A stretch of 64,000 bases of DNA from a bacterium (GTDB lineage Bacteria > Patescibacteriota > Minisyncoccia > Phycocordibacterales > Phycocordibacteraceae), in the NCBI GenBank assembly GCA_030651285.1, contig JAUSCN010000012.1, positions 9,441 through 73,440 on the forward strand, in the 5' to 3' direction. Position 1 is the stretch's first letter. Every line of letters starts with the position of its first letter. A program made the translations under genes and the position numbers. The notes beneath the pieces were generated by a model, which was not told where the DNA came from, did no database searches, and saw only the letters and a program-made list of their open reading frames with translations. Positions 1 to 10,242 of this stretch are shown piece by piece.

Positions 1-39
1 TCTCTCAGGCGCGGTCGACGAAACTGAGAAACAATAGCG

Positions 40-783
40 ATGGAAACTGCGGCCCCGAAAACCGGATTTTTTGTGAAGGCCGGTACCTATGAGGGACCGT
101 TTGAGCTCTTACTCGACCTTATCGAGGCGCGCAAATTCCTAGTCAATGACCTCGCACTCGCAAACATCACTGAAGACTTCATTCAGCACGTGCGCGGACA
201 AGCTACGTTCCCAGTCGAGGAGACCGCAAATTTCATACAGATAGCCGCGACACTTCTCCTCATAAAATCAAAGTCCCTGATTCCGGACCTCACCCTTACT
301 GAAGAGGAGAACGCAGATGTTGAAGACCTCAAGCGCCGGCTTGCTGCATATGAAAAAGTGCGTGAAGCGTCACGCGAACTCTCGCGCATATTCGGAAAGA
401 ACGTCATGTTTTCAGCAGGGGAGCGCCGTCCAGAAGCCACCTTCGCCCCTTCTCGCGATTTTTCAGCAAACGCGCTTGCCGAAGCCCTCACCCGAGTCCT
501 TGTAGCACGCGAAGCAGTCAAAGAGCTTCCTGAGGTGCGCGTGAAGCCGCTTGTCACGATTGAAGAGATAATGGACCAGCTCGCCAAGCGCGTCGAAAGA
601 TCGCTGACGCTTTCATTCAAAGAATTCGCTGGCAGCACGAAAGAAAAAGTGGAGATCATTGTGTCTTTCCTCGCACTTCTCGAACTTGTAAAGCAGGGAG
701 CAGTTGCCGCTGAGCAGCAAGACACCCATGGCGACATCCGCATCAGCCACACCGCATCATCCTCCGTCCCGCGATACGGGTGA
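40..783 (+). CDS. scpA: Segregation and condensation protein A
   Basis: YEGPFELLLDLI N-terminus, AATLLLIKSKSL and FLALLELVK C-terminal motif; scpB nearby. Confidence 0.95.
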   Translation: METAAPKTGFFVKAGTYEGPFELLLDLIEARKFLVNDLALANITEDFIQHVRGQATFPVEETANFIQIAATLLLIKSKSLIPDLTLTEEENADVEDLKRRLAAYEKVREASRELSRIFGKNVMFSAGERRPEATFAPSRDFSANALAEALTRVLVAREAVKELPEVRVKPLVTIEEIMDQLAKRVERSLTLSFKEFAGSTKEKVEIIVSFLALLELVKQGAVAAEQQDTHGDIRISHTASSSVPRYG

Positions 784-796
784 TATAATCCATTGC

Positions 797-2662
797 ATGA
801 ATAAAGGTGTAGCCTCTCTGCTAGTACTAATTTTGGCTGCAACTTTTTTACTCGGCGGCGGCGGAATACTTGCGTATCTGAAAACCAAGTCGGGCCCAAA
901 ACTTACAAATGCTAGTGGGGTACAAAAAATACCTATCGCACAATTATCAGATAAGCCTGCCCGGCACGGGAACATATTGTTTGGTGATAGAGCTTATTAC
1001 AACAATCTGTCGGATATAGAAAAATCCATAGTTGAAAGATATTTCATTAATTTTGGTTACAATCGAGACAATAATGGCCTTGAAGCTGACTCTTGCTCGT
1101 TGAAGTACTACGATGCGATTCGAGCTCTTGTTGGTTGCCACGATTCCAAAACGAAATTGAGAATCCATCGTCTTATTTCTCTCGCTGATCTGACAAGAGA
1201 AAATTTCAAACTCTTTAGATCGGAACCATCCTTTGTGAGCAACAATGGAGAGAAGATTGATTCTATAAATTTAAGTAGTGGATATGACACGAGTAGCGCT
1301 GTTTTTTCAATTGAAAATAGTGGGATTGTCTACTATGAACCAGGGGACTCCGTAATAAGAAAAATCCCAAATTCAGCACTATCTACAACAAGCGAAACCT
1401 ACAACGGAGTAAGTGACACTGACGGAGGATATATATCTGCTTATAATCCTCATTCAAGAACTCTTTCCGTCTTTGTTTATAAGCAAAACACATATCTGGA
1501 CTATAACCAGAAGATTTACGATGCAACATATACCTTACCCTCAATGACTGAGCGTTTGCCAAGCGCCCCCATACGATCGGAATCGTTAAACAAAGAAGGG
1601 CGTATGTTGCGTGAAAATTCTGCCTATGAATACCTTTCTTCGGAAGGTAAAACTATTGTTACAGACTATTATGATTCGATATGGCGTGGGGTTCCCGCGT
1701 ACGATCGCCCTGACATCTCCTACTGCCTTCTAGAGTATTATGATACCAGCAGAGCGCTTATATCATGCCCTAATGGAAAAGAGTTTCAGCCCCATGTTTC
1801 TACTCTTATAGACAGGCGCGACATGTCGAAGCTCGGATCAATGGGCAGCTATGCGCAGTATACGATATCTGACAACTATATTATTTCAGTTAATGATGAT
1901 GGCATCTCATATTATAGAGCTGGAGATTCATTAATACGTACGGTTTCAAACTCACAATTGACAGCTGGTAAAACGTATATGCTTTCCGCCGATAGTTTTG
2001 ATGCAATAACTAATCTATCTATCGATGAATTAACAGGGAAGCTTATAGTTTCAGTATATTACAAAGACAGTGCTCCCCATGTAAAACAAAAAATACGCAC
2101 TGCAAAGTTTGTGCTGCCGTCATATATAGAGAAAATCCAAATCAATGAACATAGGGCGCTGAACTCAGTGGCAGATGAAGATCTAAAAACATACACATCC
2201 GCAAAATATGGGTTTAGTTTTAAATATCCCACTACCCATGAAGTATATTCGCGAATAGGCAATATCCTTCAAAACAACCCAAACGATACTAATGATTTAT
2301 ATATAGGGAGACAGGGATTAAACGCTCAAAATTTTAGTAACGCTGCCTTTTCCATACAAGTGGGGTATGACACTTTTAATGACAACGATACGCTTGATTC
2401 ATTCAAAAAATACCTTATTCAAAATTATCAATCTGAGTTAGAAATAGGCGCGGTCAAACAGATGCCTAGAGCTATAGAAAATCTTACAGATTCAGGTGAC
2501 GAGTTTCTTGAGCTTTTCTTTTCGAATACATATTCGTCGAATTACTATTTCGTCAATAAATTGCTTCACATTACCATCCAAATGATACGGTATTCGGTAG
2601 GTAATAGGGAAGATACCACAGCTCTGGAAACGATTTTATCTTCTCTCTCATTTAATAAGTAG
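797..2662 (+). CDS. AT-rich membrane-anchored/secreted hypothetical protein with a ~190-aa internal duplication and a PsbP-like C-terminus
   Basis: ATG at 797 follows TATAAT (784-789); N-terminal hydrophobic helix; two repeats with C-x(2)-[KE]YYD-x(2)-RAL-x(2)-C and GI-x-YY-x(2)-GDS-x-IR; KTYTSAKYGFSFKYP near C-terminus. Confidence 0.75.
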   Translation: MNKGVASLLVLILAATFLLGGGGILAYLKTKSGPKLTNASGVQKIPIAQLSDKPARHGNILFGDRAYYNNLSDIEKSIVERYFINFGYNRDNNGLEADSCSLKYYDAIRALVGCHDSKTKLRIHRLISLADLTRENFKLFRSEPSFVSNNGEKIDSINLSSGYDTSSAVFSIENSGIVYYEPGDSVIRKIPNSALSTTSETYNGVSDTDGGYISAYNPHSRTLSVFVYKQNTYLDYNQKIYDATYTLPSMTERLPSAPIRSESLNKEGRMLRENSAYEYLSSEGKTIVTDYYDSIWRGVPAYDRPDISYCLLEYYDTSRALISCPNGKEFQPHVSTLIDRRDMSKLGSMGSYAQYTISDNYIISVNDDGISYYRAGDSLIRTVSNSQLTAGKTYMLSADSFDAITNLSIDELTGKLIVSVYYKDSAPHVKQKIRTAKFVLPSYIEKIQINEHRALNSVADEDLKTYTSAKYGFSFKYPTTHEVYSRIGNILQNNPNDTNDLYIGRQGLNAQNFSNAAFSIQVGYDTFNDNDTLDSFKKYLIQNYQSELEIGAVKQMPRAIENLTDSGDEFLELFFSNTYSSNYYFVNKLLHITIQMIRYSVGNREDTTALETILSSLSFNK

Positions 2663-2731
2663 GCGAATTCCCGGAGTGCGTCCACAAGTGGGAACGTTGC
2701 TGTAGGGAAGGGAGGCGGCTATGATGGGGAA

Positions 2732-3289
2732 ATGCTTACTCCTGCCGCAGCCGTAGAAGCTCTCCTTTTTGCTGCTGGCGAACCTCTCGAAAAGAAGCGG
2801 TTGGCAAACCTCCTAGGAATAAATGAATCAGATATTCAGCCGATTCTTGAGGAACTAGCTGAAGCCCTTCAAGGGCGGGGCATCGCACTTATCGAGACGG
2901 ATTCTCTCGTGGAATTACGCACATCTCCTGAGGCCGCAGAGATCGTGAAGAAGTTTCGCGACAGCGAATTCACGCGCGACCTCGGTACGGCAAGTCTTGA
3001 GACGCTTGCCGTCGTCGCGTACCAGAACGGAACGACTCGCAGCGAGATCGACTGGGTCCGTGGAGTTAATTCTTCAGCATCGCTCCGCACACTCCTTCTG
3101 CGCGGACTCATCGAGGGAAAAGAAGATGCGGTCGACAAGCGCCGCACGCGATACACACTGACACCAGATGCATTTGCGCACCTTGGCATCACGAAGCTAA
3201 GCGAACTCCCGCGAGCAGCCGAACTCTCAGCGGCGGCTGCTGCGATTATCGCGACTGAAGGTTCCCCAGCATCCGAGTCTCAAGCATAA
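2732..3289 (+). CDS. scpB: SMC-Scp complex subunit ScpB
   Basis: VEALLFAAGEPL, LETLAVVAY, TRSEIDWVRGVNS motifs. Confidence 0.95.
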   Translation: MLTPAAAVEALLFAAGEPLEKKRLANLLGINESDIQPILEELAEALQGRGIALIETDSLVELRTSPEAAEIVKKFRDSEFTRDLGTASLETLAVVAYQNGTTRSEIDWVRGVNSSASLRTLLLRGLIEGKEDAVDKRRTRYTLTPDAFAHLGITKLSELPRAAELSAAAAAIIATEGSPASESQA

Positions 3290-3298
3290 GATGTTTTC

Positions 3299-4249
3299 AT
3301 GACTATCCCTGATCTTCAGAAAATTGCTCTGCACTCGCGCTTCATGCGCGAAGCGGGCTTTACGCTCCTGATGGCTTCAGGTATTTTGGCGCTTTTTCTT
3401 TGGGTACCTACCACGCCGCCGAGGGAAACAACGACCCCATCCATCACCATCGCAACATCAACGACGCCGAGCGCGTTTGCTCAGATACCGCTTGAAGCAA
3501 AAGCGGCGATAGTCTACGACCTCGCCCTCGGGGAAACACTCTATGAGAAAAATGCCGATGCACAGCTTCCGCTCGCCTCACTCACGAAACTTCTGACTGT
3601 ATATGCCGCCATCTCTGCACTCTCACTAGAAACTCCCATAACCATTCCTCAGGATGCCACTCGCGTCGATGCACCTCGCGTATTTTCTGCAGGACAGATA
3701 TTTTCGCTCGCCGACCTTTCGCGCCTCACCCTCGTCGCATCTCTTAATGACGGCGCTGCGGCGATCGCAAACACGATCGCACTCCATCAGAACCGCTCGG
3801 AGCACGAAGCGCTGGCCGGCGTAGCTGCAGCTCTCAATCTCTCGCAAACATATGCGGTGAACGGTAGTGGTCTTGATGTTTCCGAAAATATTTCTGGCGG
3901 GTACGGCTCCGCTCGCGACCTAGCTCGCTTGGCTGGCGCTCTCGTTGAAAAAGCCCCGAACGTTACCGCCGCCACGACCAAGAAATATGCCGAAGCGAAG
4001 TCTGCTGGAGGAACAGCATTCAAGGTTAAAAATACCGACCCGATGGTAGACACCATTCCTCGGCTCCTCTTGTCAAAAACGGGGTACACTGATCTTGCGG
4101 GCGGCAATCTTGCTCTTGTAATTGATGCCGGCATCGCGCACCCTATCGCCATCATCGTCCTTGGTTCTTCCGTGAAAGATCGCTTTACGGATGGCACGGC
4201 GCTCGTGGCGGCGACGTTCGCTCATTTTGCAGGAGTACCTTCACTATGA
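3299..4249 (+). CDS. D-alanyl-D-alanine carboxypeptidase (peptidase S11)
   Basis: SxxK (ASLTKL), SxN (SLN) and KTG (KTGYTDLAG) motifs; N-terminal TM anchor. Confidence 0.9.
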   Translation: MTIPDLQKIALHSRFMREAGFTLLMASGILALFLWVPTTPPRETTTPSITIATSTTPSAFAQIPLEAKAAIVYDLALGETLYEKNADAQLPLASLTKLLTVYAAISALSLETPITIPQDATRVDAPRVFSAGQIFSLADLSRLTLVASLNDGAAAIANTIALHQNRSEHEALAGVAAALNLSQTYAVNGSGLDVSENISGGYGSARDLARLAGALVEKAPNVTAATTKKYAEAKSAGGTAFKVKNTDPMVDTIPRLLLSKTGYTDLAGGNLALVIDAGIAHPIAIIVLGSSVKDRFTDGTALVAATFAHFAGVPSL

Positions 4250-5316
4250 TCACTTCAAACCTCATAAAAGTATTCATCCCTGCCACCGCAGCATTTGCGG
4301 TCGGCATTCTTTTTGCACCACTGCTCACACACTATCTGTATAAATATCGTGTATGGAAGAAGTCAGTAGGGAAGACCGCGCTCGACGGTACGGTCGCCGT
4401 AGAATTTGAAAAACTACGTACCGATACCGAAACAAAGACTCCGCGCATGGGCGGCATCCTCATCTGGGCGAGCGTACTCATTGTTACCGCAGGCACCTGG
4501 ATCCTCGCGCACATAGTGCCGACGCCGCTTACCGAAAAACTCGACTTCCTGAGCCGCAGCCAGACATGGATACCATTCTTCACTCTGCTTGCTGGAGCCG
4601 GCATGGGATTCATTAATGACATACTTGATATCCAGCCATCAGGCGAGCGCGGCGTGCGTCTGCGCACGCGACTACTCTTTGTCACCCTGGTTTCGCTTTT
4701 CATCGGCTGGTGGTTCTATGCAAAACTTGGCGTGACCAGTATCGGCATCCCGGGCGATGGCACACTTGAGCTTGGTGCACTCATCATTCCACTCTTCATA
4801 CTCATCACACTCGGACTCTATGCCGGAGGAGTAATTGACGGTATCGACGGCCTCTCAGGCGGAGTGCTCGGTTCTGCATTCATGGCCTATGCCGGCATCG
4901 CATACTTCCAAGGCCAGCTGGACGTAGCCGCGTTTTCAGGAACAGTCACTGGCGCAATACTTGCATTCTTGTGGTTCAACATTCCTCCGGCGCGATTCTG
5001 GATGACCGAGACGGGTACCATGGGCCTCACTATGACTCTCGCAGCAGTCGCATTCATGACTGACACGCTTGGAAATGGTTATGGCATCGCAGCGCTTCCT
5101 GTCATCGCACTTCCGCTTGTCATCACGGTGCTTTCAAACATCATCCAGATCGCTTCGAAAAAATTCCGCGGGAAGAAAGTGTTCCGCATCGCACCGCTCC
5201 ATCACCACCTCGAAGCGATCGGCTGGCCATCATACAAGGTCACCATGCGCTACTGGATCATCTCCATCGTATGTGCGATCGTTGGCATGACGATCGCACT
5301 CTTGAAGCCACTATGA
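4246..5316 (+). CDS. mraY: Phospho-N-acetylmuramoyl-pentapeptide transferase
   Basis: TPRMGG, IDGIDGL, FLWFNIPPA, APLHHHLE motifs; multi-TM. Confidence 0.95.
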   Translation: MITSNLIKVFIPATAAFAVGILFAPLLTHYLYKYRVWKKSVGKTALDGTVAVEFEKLRTDTETKTPRMGGILIWASVLIVTAGTWILAHIVPTPLTEKLDFLSRSQTWIPFFTLLAGAGMGFINDILDIQPSGERGVRLRTRLLFVTLVSLFIGWWFYAKLGVTSIGIPGDGTLELGALIIPLFILITLGLYAGGVIDGIDGLSGGVLGSAFMAYAGIAYFQGQLDVAAFSGTVTGAILAFLWFNIPPARFWMTETGTMGLTMTLAAVAFMTDTLGNGYGIAALPVIALPLVITVLSNIIQIASKKFRGKKVFRIAPLHHHLEAIGWPSYKVTMRYWIISIVCAIVGMTIALLKPL

Positions 5317-6410
5317 AGTTCATTACCGGCGACCGCATATTCCTGATGCTCGTACTTGGGATCTCCCTCGCCGGCTTTGCCATTTTTTCTTCCGCAAATC
5401 TCGGGTTCCTCGCACGAGAGGGAAGCTCAATATCTCAGGACATCCTTCTTCAAGGGGGTCTAGGCCTCGGTCTCGGATTCTTAGCATTTCTTATCGCTCG
5501 CTCCGTACCACTCATACACGTAAAGCGTTTTGCGCCATACATCTACGTCGCTTCGCTTATTTTTACTGCACTAGTGTTCGTGCCAGGCATCGGGCTTCAT
5601 GCAAACGGAGCGACCCGCTGGATCAACCTAGGATTTACCACCATACAACCTGCCGAATTCCTGAAGATCGGCATTATACTCATGCTCGCACGATGGCTTT
5701 CATCCAACGCGCAACAGCTTTCGAATCCCAAAAAAGGTCTCGCACCTTTTCTGGCATTTCTCGCGGGACCAATCGCTCTTCTGCTCGCACAGCCAAACAC
5801 TTCAACCACCCTTCTCATACTTGCTACGGGCACCGTCATGTATTTCGCTGCGGGAGCTCCATGGCGCGATTTCGGGTATTTAGCCGCGGGAGCTATCCTC
5901 GCCCTCCTTATTATCGTATCCATGCGCCCGTATGTGCTCGAACGATTCAAGACCTTCTTTGATCCATCCGCAAATTCTTTGAGCAGCGGGTACCAGATCC
6001 AACAGTCATTGATCGCCATAGGTTCCGGTGGCCTACTCGGACGAGGGTTCGGACAAAGCGTAGGAAAGTTCAACTACTTACCAGAACCGGATGGCGACTC
6101 GGTCTTCGCTGTTTTCTCAGAAGAGACCGGCTTCTTAGGCGCGATGATCCTAGTCGTTCTATTCTTGGCGCTGTCCGCTCGTGGCATCGTGATAGCAGGA
6201 CACTCATCAGACCTTTTCGGAGGAAGCTTAGCTCTCGGTTTTTCGTTCATCATCATCCTGCAAGCATTTATCAATATCTCCGCGATGCTCGGCATCATCC
6301 CGCTTACTGGATTGCCACTCCCATTCCTATCTCATGGGGGCACCGCGCTTATGGCCGTCCTAATCATGTGCGGATTTATCCTGAACGTCGCCGCTCATAA
6401 AAAGGCCTAG
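5313..6410 (+). CDS. ftsW: SEDS peptidoglycan polymerase FtsW/RodA
   Basis: GATRWI, QPAEFLK, YQIQQSLIAIGSGG, GLPLPFLSHGGT; lies between mraY and murG; ATG at 5313 overlaps the mraY stop. Confidence 0.9.
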   Translation: MKFITGDRIFLMLVLGISLAGFAIFSSANLGFLAREGSSISQDILLQGGLGLGLGFLAFLIARSVPLIHVKRFAPYIYVASLIFTALVFVPGIGLHANGATRWINLGFTTIQPAEFLKIGIILMLARWLSSNAQQLSNPKKGLAPFLAFLAGPIALLLAQPNTSTTLLILATGTVMYFAAGAPWRDFGYLAAGAILALLIIVSMRPYVLERFKTFFDPSANSLSSGYQIQQSLIAIGSGGLLGRGFGQSVGKFNYLPEPDGDSVFAVFSEETGFLGAMILVVLFLALSARGIVIAGHSSDLFGGSLALGFSFIIILQAFINISAMLGIIPLTGLPLPFLSHGGTALMAVLIMCGFILNVAAHKKA

Positions 6411-6434
6411 GAGCTGCTACAATACAAATCACGT

Positions 6435-7571
6435 ATGACTATCGTGTTTACTGGAGGAGGAACGGGAGGGCACTTTTACCCGATCATCGCTATCGCAGAA
6501 GCCATCACCGATATCGTCCGTGAGAAGCGTCTCATCGCGCCTAAGATGTATTACCTGGCTCCGAACGCGTTCGACGAAAAAGCTCTCTTCGAGAACGGAA
6601 TCGTCCATATCAAGATTCCTGCTGGCAAAGTGCGCCGCTATGCATCGATCAAGAATGTCACCGATTCTTTCCTTACACTCATCGGACTTATCACGGCGAT
6701 CGCCGCCCTCTTCCGTCTATATCCAGACGTAGTGGTCAGTAAGGGCGGCTATGGCAGCGTACCGACGATTCTTGCAGCACGACTGCTACGCATTCCTGTC
6801 GTGATTCATGAATCAGATGCAAAACCTGGTCGCGCGAATCTTCTCGCTGCAAAATTTGCACAGAAGATAGCTATTTCTTTTGAGAGCGCAGGTGCATATT
6901 TCCCTAAAGAGGTTCAGTCAAAGATTGCTCGTACTGGCATTCCAATCCGCAAAGCGCTCATGCGCGTAGAGGCCGAAGGCGCACGGCAATATCTCGGACT
7001 CGAAAAAGACATACCAACCGTTCTAATTCTTGGAGGGTCCCAGGGCTCAGTACGCATAAACGAAACCGTGCTCTCGTGCCTGACGCGTCTCCTATCAATC
7101 GCCAACATCATCCACCAGACAGGCCAAGCAAATTTCAAAGATGTGCAGTCGGTAGCAAACGTCATCCTCAGCGAGGATCCGCAAGCGGCTCGTTACCATC
7201 CGATCAACTATCTTTCAGAGACTTCGCTACAGCGGGTGGCAAGCATAGCAGATATCGTCATCTCGCGCGGCGGCGCAAACTCAATCGCCGAAATCGGTCT
7301 TTGGAGAAAACCAGCAATCCTTATCCCAATTCCAGAGTCAATTAGCCATGACCAGCGTTCGAATGCTTACTCATTTGCAAAAACAGGGGCGGCCATTGTG
7401 ATCGACGAAGAAAATCTCAATCCGCATATTCTCGCTTCCGAGATTGAGCGCATCCTCCATAATCCGGAGCTCAGCAAGCGCATGGGCGCTGCAGCAGAAG
7501 GATTTACTGACCCAGACGCAGCACGCGTCCTAGCTAACGAAGTGCTAAACATCGCCGTTTCGCACGAATAA
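6435..7571 (+). CDS. murG: UDP-GlcNAc:lipid I N-acetylglucosaminyltransferase
   Basis: GGGTGGHFYP, KGGYGS, GGSQGS, HDQRSNA motifs. Confidence 0.96.
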   Translation: MTIVFTGGGTGGHFYPIIAIAEAITDIVREKRLIAPKMYYLAPNAFDEKALFENGIVHIKIPAGKVRRYASIKNVTDSFLTLIGLITAIAALFRLYPDVVVSKGGYGSVPTILAARLLRIPVVIHESDAKPGRANLLAAKFAQKIAISFESAGAYFPKEVQSKIARTGIPIRKALMRVEAEGARQYLGLEKDIPTVLILGGSQGSVRINETVLSCLTRLLSIANIIHQTGQANFKDVQSVANVILSEDPQAARYHPINYLSETSLQRVASIADIVISRGGANSIAEIGLWRKPAILIPIPESISHDQRSNAYSFAKTGAAIVIDEENLNPHILASEIERILHNPELSKRMGAAAEGFTDPDAARVLANEVLNIAVSHE

Positions 7572-7573
7572 TC

Positions 7574-8908
7574 ATGAGCACCGTTATTACCCGCATCCCA
7601 CCGAGCCCGACCGGTCGATTCCACATCGGCACGGCTCGCACTGCGCTCTTCAATTATCTATTCGCCCGGCACAATGGGGGCAAAGTCGTGTTTCGCAGCG
7701 AAGACACGGATCGTGCGCGCAGCAAAAAAGAGTTTGAGGAAGAGATCATGAACGGCATTAAGTGGCTTGGGCTATCGTGGGATGAATTTTCGCGTCAGAG
7801 CGAACATACCGACCGGTACCGAGAACTGCTTGAGAAGATAATCCGGGACGATACCGCTTACGTTTCTGCAGAACCCGCCAAGGACGATCCGAGCAAGATG
7901 GTCGAGGTTATACGCTTACGCAATCCAGGAAAGAGCGTCACGTTTACCGACCTCATTCGCGGAGACATCACATTCGATACGACTGAACTCGGTGACTTCG
8001 TCATTGCACGATCGATGACCGATGCTTTATATCACTTCGCCGTTGTTGCAGACGACATGGACTCAGGAATTACACATGTCATACGCGGCGAAGATCACAT
8101 ATCAAATACCCCGCGTCAGATTTTAATACAAGAAGCACTCGGTGCGCCGCGCCCGGCCTATGCGCACCTGCCGCTCATTCTTGATGAAAAACGCGCGAAG
8201 CTTTCCAAACGCACTGGAGCAACAAGCGTGATGGATTATCGCGACGAAGGCTTCCTGCCAGAAGCACTCGTGAACTATCTCGCACTTATTGGCTGGAACC
8301 CGGGCGACAATCGTGAAGACTTTTCTCTCGCACAACTCGTCGAAGAATTTTCGCTCGAGGGTGCACAGAAAGGCGGCGCAGCGTGGAATCGCGAGAAGCT
8401 TCTCTCGGTAAATCAGCGCTGGATGCGTAAACTCTCGACTGAAGAATTTATTTCGCGTGGAAATCTCACGGCGTCAGATACGAAGAAACTCTATCTGTCC
8501 GCACCACTCCTCAAAGACCGCGCACGGACATTTCATGAGGCTCGAGAGATGCTTTCGGGCGAGCTTTTATGCCTCTTTACTGAACCGTCTGTAGCCCGGG
8601 AAAGCCTGGTCATGAAAGAGCCTCCGGACCGCCCAGAAATGACCAAATTTGCCCTAGAAAGCCTTTCTGAGGCCATAAAAGGGCTTCCTGAGGACGTTTC
8701 TATAGAGGTGGTAAAAGAGATACTTATGCCGCTTGCTGACGCTGAGGAGGCGAAAGGGAAGGGGGGTCGTGGAGCAGTCCTCTGGCCCCTCCGGTATGCC
8801 CTCTCTGGACAAGAGCGCTCCCCCGACCCATTTACGCTCGTCTCAATCCTCGGAAAAGAAGAGTCCGTTGCGCGAACACAGAAAGCTATTGCTATACTCG
8901 AGGGATGA
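7574..8908 (+). CDS. gltX: Glutamate--tRNA ligase
   Basis: TRIPPSPTG-HIGT, THVIRGEDH, KLSKR. Confidence 0.95.
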   Translation: MSTVITRIPPSPTGRFHIGTARTALFNYLFARHNGGKVVFRSEDTDRARSKKEFEEEIMNGIKWLGLSWDEFSRQSEHTDRYRELLEKIIRDDTAYVSAEPAKDDPSKMVEVIRLRNPGKSVTFTDLIRGDITFDTTELGDFVIARSMTDALYHFAVVADDMDSGITHVIRGEDHISNTPRQILIQEALGAPRPAYAHLPLILDEKRAKLSKRTGATSVMDYRDEGFLPEALVNYLALIGWNPGDNREDFSLAQLVEEFSLEGAQKGGAAWNREKLLSVNQRWMRKLSTEEFISRGNLTASDTKKLYLSAPLLKDRARTFHEAREMLSGELLCLFTEPSVARESLVMKEPPDRPEMTKFALESLSEAIKGLPEDVSIEVVKEILMPLADAEEAKGKGGRGAVLWPLRYALSGQERSPDPFTLVSILGKEESVARTQKAIAILEG

Positions 8909-10242
8909 TGCGCATTGGGTTTCTGCTTTGTACCGTGTTTGCCGGAGCTGTTTTTGGAATTCCGCATATCGCATTTGCTCAATCAGCTTCAGATATTCAG
9001 TCAAAGATTACTGCCAATAAAAGTCAGATTGAATCTCTTGAGGCAGAGGTAGCTGCGTTCCAAAAACAGCTTGATAAACTTGGGTCGCAAAAAAACACAC
9101 TTCAGTCGACCATAGACACGCTCACAATCTCTCAGAAGCAACTCGCGGCGCAGATCCAGGTCACACAGAGCAAGATTGCATCTGCAAATCTCGAGATACA
9201 GAATCTCTCCAGTTCAATCGGTGATAAGGAAGAGACTATATCTGCAAATCAGGAAGCCATCGCGAAGATCTTGCGTCGCACCGCGCAAGACGAACGCACA
9301 CCACTCGTCGCGAACCTCATCTCATCAGATTCGCTCAGCGATGCGTGGCGAATAACCGACCAGGCCGTACAGTTTAATCGAGCCCTTTCTGAAGACATCG
9401 AGGAATTGCGTGTCGCCAGAACAGAGCTCACGAAAGATCGCGACCAAGTGACTGCTGCGAAAGCGAAACTCGTCTCACTCCACACTGACCTCACCCTGCA
9501 GAAGCGTTCCGTAGATGCAAGTAAGCAAACACAGCAGCAACTCCTCTCGCAGACCAAAAATCAAGAGAAGAATTATCAACGACTTATTGCCCAGAAAGAA
9601 GCGGCGGAAAAGGCTTTTGAACAAGATCTTGTCAACCTACAGGGACAGCTCAACCTGATAGTGAACCCGAACCTACTACCGAAAGTCGGTTCGGGAGTCC
9701 TTTCATGGCCACTTAGCAAGCTCTTCATGTTCAACTGCACGAAGCGCAGTAAAGTTTTTGGGAACCTGTTCTGCATCACGCAGTATTTTGGAAATACCCC
9801 GTTCTCGACCGCAAATGCGCAGGTATATAACAATCATGGACACAATGCAATCGATATGGGCATACCTATCGGTACGCCCATACTCTCATCAGCTGATGGC
9901 GTCGTTCTCGGAACAGGAGATACTGACATTGCACGCGGATGTTATTCCTTTGGAAAGTGGGTGATGGTGACTCATGGCAATGGCCTCAGTACCCTGTACG
10001 CACACCTCTCGAGCATCGATGTAGTAAAAGGACAAAATGTATCGACCGGCCAAGTACTCGGACTCTCGGGTATGACCGGCTATGCCACGGGTCCGCACAT
10101 TCACTTCGGCGTCTATGCGACCCAAGGCGTACAAATTTTGAAGCTCGGGGACTATCGGAGCAGCGCAAAAACCCCGTGCGCTGGAGTCACTATGCCTGTC
10201 GCGACTCTGACTGCCTATCTTAATCCGCTTTCGTATCTTTAA
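8905..10242 (+). CDS. Secreted coiled-coil + M23 peptidoglycan endopeptidase (EnvC/MepM-like)
   Basis: Signal peptide, long coiled coil, HNAID, YAHLS and TGPHIHF M23 motifs. Confidence 0.88.
   Translation: MMRIGFLLCTVFAGAVFGIPHIAFAQSASDIQSKITANKSQIESLEAEVAAFQKQLDKLGSQKNTLQSTIDTLTISQKQLAAQIQVTQSKIASANLEIQNLSSSIGDKEETISANQEAIAKILRRTAQDERTPLVANLISSDSLSDAWRITDQAVQFNRALSEDIEELRVARTELTKDRDQVTAAKAKLVSLHTDLTLQKRSVDASKQTQQQLLSQTKNQEKNYQRLIAQKEAAEKAFEQDLVNLQGQLNLIVNPNLLPKVGSGVLSWPLSKLFMFNCTKRSKVFGNLFCITQYFGNTPFSTANAQVYNNHGHNAIDMGIPIGTPILSSADGVVLGTGDTDIARGCYSFGKWVMVTHGNGLSTLYAHLSSIDVVKGQNVSTGQVLGLSGMTGYATGPHIHFGVYATQGVQILKLGDYRSSAKTPCAGVTMPVATLTAYLNPLSYL

Noticed and set aside
183-899. Long antisense ORFs (also 18622-19377, 37183-38703, 43220-43924, 46014-46703, 54323-54979)
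   Set aside because: They overlap well-supported genes on the other strand and have no recognisable motifs.
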